Shown here one piece after another: positions 60,273 to 64,000 of a stretch of DNA of 64,000 bases. The notes beneath the pieces were generated by a model that was not told the origin of the DNA, made no database searches, and saw only the letters and a list, made by a program, of their open reading frames with translations. The stretch is from contig OZ245777.1 of assembly GCA_965227775.1 (NCBI GenBank), positions 1,760,001 through 1,824,000 on the forward strand, written 5' to 3'. Numbering within the stretch: the first letter of the stretch is position 1; the number at the start of each line of letters is the position of its first letter. A program made the position numbers and the translations under genes. Source of the DNA: Phycisphaerales bacterium. Lineage in GTDB: Bacteria; Planctomycetota; Phycisphaerae; Phycisphaerales; UBA1924.

Positions 60273-61469
60273 ATGACCTCCGCAGCCACCAGCACGAGCA
60301 CGTCCAAGGTCGTCGACCCGCTCGACCTGATCGACATCGACCACGTTCGCTTCTATGTCGGCAACGCCAAGCAAGCGGCCGTGTTCTACGCCCAACTCTT
60401 CGGCTTCCAGGTCACCCAGGTCGCCGACCTGACCACCGGCAGCCGCGAGCAGGCCCAGTACCTGCTGACCCAGGGCAACATCCGTCTGCTCTTGACCACG
60501 CCGCTGACGCCCGATCACCCGATCAACGACGAGCTGGTGAAGTACGGCGACGGCGTGAAGGACGTGGCCCTTACCGTGGCCGACGCCACCGCCGCGTATG
60601 AGCAGGTGCTGCGCAACGGCGGCGAGAGCGCCTACGAGCCGGTCACCTACAGCGACAACACCGGCAGCGTCACCATGGCCGGCATCAAGGCCTACGGCCG
60701 GGCGGTGCACAGCTTCGTCAGCCGCGAGGGCGCGTACGCGCTCGACAAGATCAAGGAGGGCGGCACCTTCCAGCCGGGCTTCCGCGACTTCGGCCCGTTC
60801 TCCTTGAACGACTACAACAAGCAGCACCCGTGCGGCCTGCGCTTCGTCGACCACTGCGTGGGCAACGTCGAAGAAGGCAAGATGAACTATTGGGTGAAGT
60901 GGTACGAAGACGTCATGGGCTTCGCGATGTTCAAGCACTTCGACGATGCCGACATCTCGACCGAGTACAGCGCCCTCATGTCCAAGGTCATGGCCAGCGG
61001 CAACAACCTCATCAAGATGCCCATCAACGAGCCCGCCCCGGGCAAGAAGAAGAGCCAGATCCTCGAGTATCTCGAGTGGCACAGCATGACGCCTGGCGTG
61101 CAGCACCTGGCCCTTCGCACCGACGACGAGCTCGGGAGCGTCGCCGAGCTACGCCGCCGCGGCGTCGACTTCCTGAGCCTGCCCGACACCTACTACGAGC
61201 TGGTCTGGGACCGAGTGAACACCATGCTCACCGAGAACGGCCACGAGGCGGTGAAGGAAGATCACGAGAAGGTCAAGGACCTGGGCATCCTCGTCGACGC
61301 CGACGACGAGGGCTACCTGCTGCAGCTCTTCACCAAGCCTCTGCAGGACCGCCCGACCCTGTTCTTCGAGATCATCAGCCGCCGCGGCTCGCAGAGCTTC
61401 GGCAAGGGCAACTTCAAGGCGCTTTTCGAGGCGCTGGAACTGGAGCAAGAGAAGCGGGGTAATCTGTAA
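60273..61469 (+). CDS. hppD: 4-hydroxyphenylpyruvate dioxygenase
   Basis: DHVRFYVGNAKQAA, DHCVGN, KMPINEPA, SQILEYL, GVQHLAL, LLQLFTKP and FGKGNFKALFE. Confidence 0.96.
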   Translation: MTSAATSTSTSKVVDPLDLIDIDHVRFYVGNAKQAAVFYAQLFGFQVTQVADLTTGSREQAQYLLTQGNIRLLLTTPLTPDHPINDELVKYGDGVKDVALTVADATAAYEQVLRNGGESAYEPVTYSDNTGSVTMAGIKAYGRAVHSFVSREGAYALDKIKEGGTFQPGFRDFGPFSLNDYNKQHPCGLRFVDHCVGNVEEGKMNYWVKWYEDVMGFAMFKHFDDADISTEYSALMSKVMASGNNLIKMPINEPAPGKKKSQILEYLEWHSMTPGVQHLALRTDDELGSVAELRRRGVDFLSLPDTYYELVWDRVNTMLTENGHEAVKEDHEKVKDLGILVDADDEGYLLQLFTKPLQDRPTLFFEIISRRGSQSFGKGNFKALFEALELEQEKRGNL

Positions 61470-61519
61470 GGGGAGCGACCGCCCGCTTGCGATCGACGGC
61501 CGGCTCCTGGAGGTGATCC

Positions 61520-63100
61520 ATGCCGGGAGCCGGCCGTGTTGTCTTGTGTTTGCTGCTCGCTTCGGTGGGATGGGTCTTCGGCTGCGATGATCGTGGTGGC
61601 GATACGACTCACACGTCCCGCCAAGTAGAACAACCAGCAGAGGCCCAAGTCCCTTCGGAGCAGGCGCAGGCGCGATCTGAACTCGAAGAATCCGCCCAAC
61701 TCCTCAACGAGCTTTACGGCTTCAATGTCAACGTCGGCATGCCAGAGGGCGTCGGCGCAGCGCTTGTGCGTTGTACCACGCAGCTCGCGGACGGCACAAG
61801 AGTCGATGGCTCGTTCGGTCTGGTCGTGCGTAACGAGGTTGTCCTTGTGCCGCTGGCCAGGCTGCTCGATGGTGAGTCGGTCGAGGTGAAGGCGGCCTGC
61901 TGCGAAGCAAGGCCGGCGACCTGGGTGTACGCGTTCGATGCCAGGGCGGGGCTTGCGCTGCTTGCCGTTCCCGGGTTGCAGGCGCCCCCCTGGACAGGTG
62001 GCTATGCCGAGATCGCCTCGCCCGCACCCGCTGAGGTCACCGCGCGCGTCGGCTTCCCGTTCGAGGTCGCCGGCTCGCTCGGCATCGGCACCAGCACGCT
62101 CGATGTCATGCAGGATCGCGAGGACTCGCTCCGCGGCCGGCGGCTGCGGCTCGACCACCCGTTCCGTCTCTTCGGTGCGGGTGCGATCCTGATCGACGAT
62201 GCCGGCACACCCACGGGGATCTCAACCGAGTGGGCGGGCAACGACAAGTCTTGGGCGGTGCCGATCGCTGGCTTTCTCGATGAGCACTTGCACGGGCAGC
62301 TCGACGATTCGGAGCTCATCGACTTTGCCGATTTGATCGACCGTGCTCCGGACGATGCGTCGAAGTCGATCATGCTTACGATGCGGGCCGGTTCCGAGGT
62401 GGACCAGCGCTCCTTGCTCGATATCGCGATCGATCTCGAGCCAGAGAACGCCGCTGCGCACTACCACCGCGGCGTGGTCTACGACATGATGGGGCAGAAG
62501 ACCGAGGCGATCGATTCGCTGTATCGCTCGATCGACATCGACGACGAGTGGAGCGAGTCGTGGTACAGCCTCGGGCTCGTGCAGCTCACCTCGGGCAAGC
62601 CGGGCTTTGCGGCCGACTCGTTCAAGCGGAGCGTTCGGTTTGACGAAACCCACGCCGACGCGCACGCCATGCTCGGCGTCTCGTACATGCACACGGGTCG
62701 GGCCGACCAGAGTCTCGCCCCGATGCAACGGGCAATCGAGATCGAGCCGGATCGTCGGCAGTTTGCGGCCAACCTGCAGCTCGCGTACGAGCGTGCCGGC
62801 CTGCAACACGAGCGCTACAAGGCGTGGGAGGCGTACGTGATTGCCAAGCCCGATGATCGCGAAGGGCACCACAGCTATTGCCGGACCCTTGCGCTCGGTG
62901 AGCAATTTGAACGCCTCGAGCAGGTCGCGATAGCCGGAATCGATCGCTTTGGCGAGAACGCTGACGATCTCGCCTTCCGGGCGTTCGTGCGTGCGGCCGA
63001 GAGTCGCGATCTCGATGAAGCCTCGCGGTTCATCCAAAGGGCTCTGGAACTCGACCCCGACCACGGGTTTGCTCGGTTGATCAGCGATCGGCTGGAGTGA
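61520..63100 (+). CDS. Lipoprotein with degenerate trypsin-like domain and C-terminal TPR repeats
   Basis: Lipobox VFGC and TPR units (AAHYHRG, ESWYSLG, DAHAMLG, ALELDP). Confidence 0.75.
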   Translation: MPGAGRVVLCLLLASVGWVFGCDDRGGDTTHTSRQVEQPAEAQVPSEQAQARSELEESAQLLNELYGFNVNVGMPEGVGAALVRCTTQLADGTRVDGSFGLVVRNEVVLVPLARLLDGESVEVKAACCEARPATWVYAFDARAGLALLAVPGLQAPPWTGGYAEIASPAPAEVTARVGFPFEVAGSLGIGTSTLDVMQDREDSLRGRRLRLDHPFRLFGAGAILIDDAGTPTGISTEWAGNDKSWAVPIAGFLDEHLHGQLDDSELIDFADLIDRAPDDASKSIMLTMRAGSEVDQRSLLDIAIDLEPENAAAHYHRGVVYDMMGQKTEAIDSLYRSIDIDDEWSESWYSLGLVQLTSGKPGFAADSFKRSVRFDETHADAHAMLGVSYMHTGRADQSLAPMQRAIEIEPDRRQFAANLQLAYERAGLQHERYKAWEAYVIAKPDDREGHHSYCRTLALGEQFERLEQVAIAGIDRFGENADDLAFRAFVRAAESRDLDEASRFIQRALELDPDHGFARLISDRLE

Positions 63101-63140
63101 GTGCCCTCGAACCAATGCTCGATTTGCTCGTACTCCTCTC

Positions 63141-63401
63141 ATGCCAACCTTCGCGATCGCCATCCGCTTCAATGCCACGCCTCGGGCCGAGGGATTCGTC
63201 CCAACGTCCGTGCTCAACGAGTACGGACTGGAGGCCGATCCCGGCGTGCCGGGGCTCTTCGAAGGCCAGGGGCTGCAGCCCGAGCGGCTGGCGGCATTGC
63301 TGGCCGAACTCTCTGAGTCCATGCATTCACCGGCGGCAGAGGGCGTGGTCGCCTCTGGCCTGCTTGACGACGTGTGGATCAGCATCCGTCGCGACGGCTG
63401 A
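63141..63401 (+). CDS. Small hypothetical protein
   Basis: 86-aa ORF with coding-like composition, lying between two plus-strand genes. Confidence 0.45.
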   Translation: MPTFAIAIRFNATPRAEGFVPTSVLNEYGLEADPGVPGLFEGQGLQPERLAALLAELSESMHSPAAEGVVASGLLDDVWISIRRDG

Positions 63402-63478
63402 CAACCTGATCGCGGAGCCGAAGCGCAACGATTGACGGCGGCCTCACGCTCGCGCATCTCCTAATGCGGAGGTCCGCC

Positions 63479-64000
63479 ATGCCAGCCGCATCTGCTGCGA
63501 TCATCTTGAGCGTCCTTCGCTTGTTCCCGCTTTCGGTTGCACCCCACCCCGGCTCGGGGCTCGAGGTTGCCGCCGATGGCGCCGTATATCTAGCCGATGT
63601 CGGTGCTGAGACCATCTGGCGGATTGCCCCAGATGGTTCGATCAGCCCGGCGGTGCACGACTCGTGGACGCACGAGCTGCAGCTCGAGCCCGACGGCACG
63701 CTGGTCTACGAGCGCGAGCACACCGGCTACGAGCAGGCTCCCCAGTCGCTGCGCACGCTTGCACCCGACGGCGAGCGACGCGTGCTCATCCCTGCGCCGC
63801 CCGTTCGCGAGCGCTTCGGCAGCAACGCGTTCGCGCGCATGGCCGACGGCTCGGTCGTGTTCGCCCACACCGTGCGCGGCGAGGACGGCCGGTGGCGGGC
63901 CATCATCCGCCAACGCGACGCCGACGATCACGACGGCTCACGCGTCCGCACCATCGCCGGCGCGCTCGGGGGCGAGCTGTACCAGGACGGCCCGGGCAGC
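63479..64000 (+). CDS. Exported beta-propeller (NHL/SMP-30-like) protein, 5' part; runs off the window
   Basis: SD GGAGG; reads HPGSGLEVAADGAVYLADVGAETIWRIAPDG...LEPDGTL...VRTIAG and is open to the window end. Confidence 0.65.
   Translation, partial: MPAASAAIILSVLRLFPLSVAPHPGSGLEVAADGAVYLADVGAETIWRIAPDGSISPAVHDSWTHELQLEPDGTLVYEREHTGYEQAPQSLRTLAPDGERRVLIPAPPVRERFGSNAFARMADGSVVFAHTVRGEDGRWRAIIRQRDADDHDGSRVRTIAGALGGELYQDGPGS

Overview
GC-rich bacterial chromosome segment of about 50 CDSs. The lineage is probably Planctomycetota/Phycisphaerales, inferred from the VPAP-type PEP-CTERM-like proteins, an H-X9-DG-like prepilin-type protein and a C-terminal CxxC..CPECG protein. Most genes are housekeeping (panD, icd, aroA, apt, addAB, lhr-pdeM, mnmA, PPi-PFK, prmC, polA, rhlE, HU, ispF, thrS, hppD), plus gspE/gspF and a metal ABC cluster. 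No tRNA, rRNA, CRISPR array or transposase was seen. Main observations: (1) A 19-codon poly-Thr leader ORF absent from the ORF track (MARAQTTTTTTTTETRPCG, 59135..59076, minus) is followed by an overlapping antiterminator and intrinsic terminator directly upstream of thrS. This looks like a ribosome-mediated threonine attenuator, apparently on a leaderless transcript. (2) A stand-alone, non-collinear NRPS has the order A-A-T-C-T-TE, with two intact valine-type A domains. (3) A TANNNT box lies 5-8 nt before many start codons, suggesting frequent leaderless mRNAs. (4) Three tandem secreted LTxxQ paralogs are coupled to gspEF. (5) PEP-CTERM-like genes are duplicated together with a conserved 3' UTR. 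(6) A decayed copy of the PQQ-dehydrogenase 3' end flanks a Kef-type antiporter gene.
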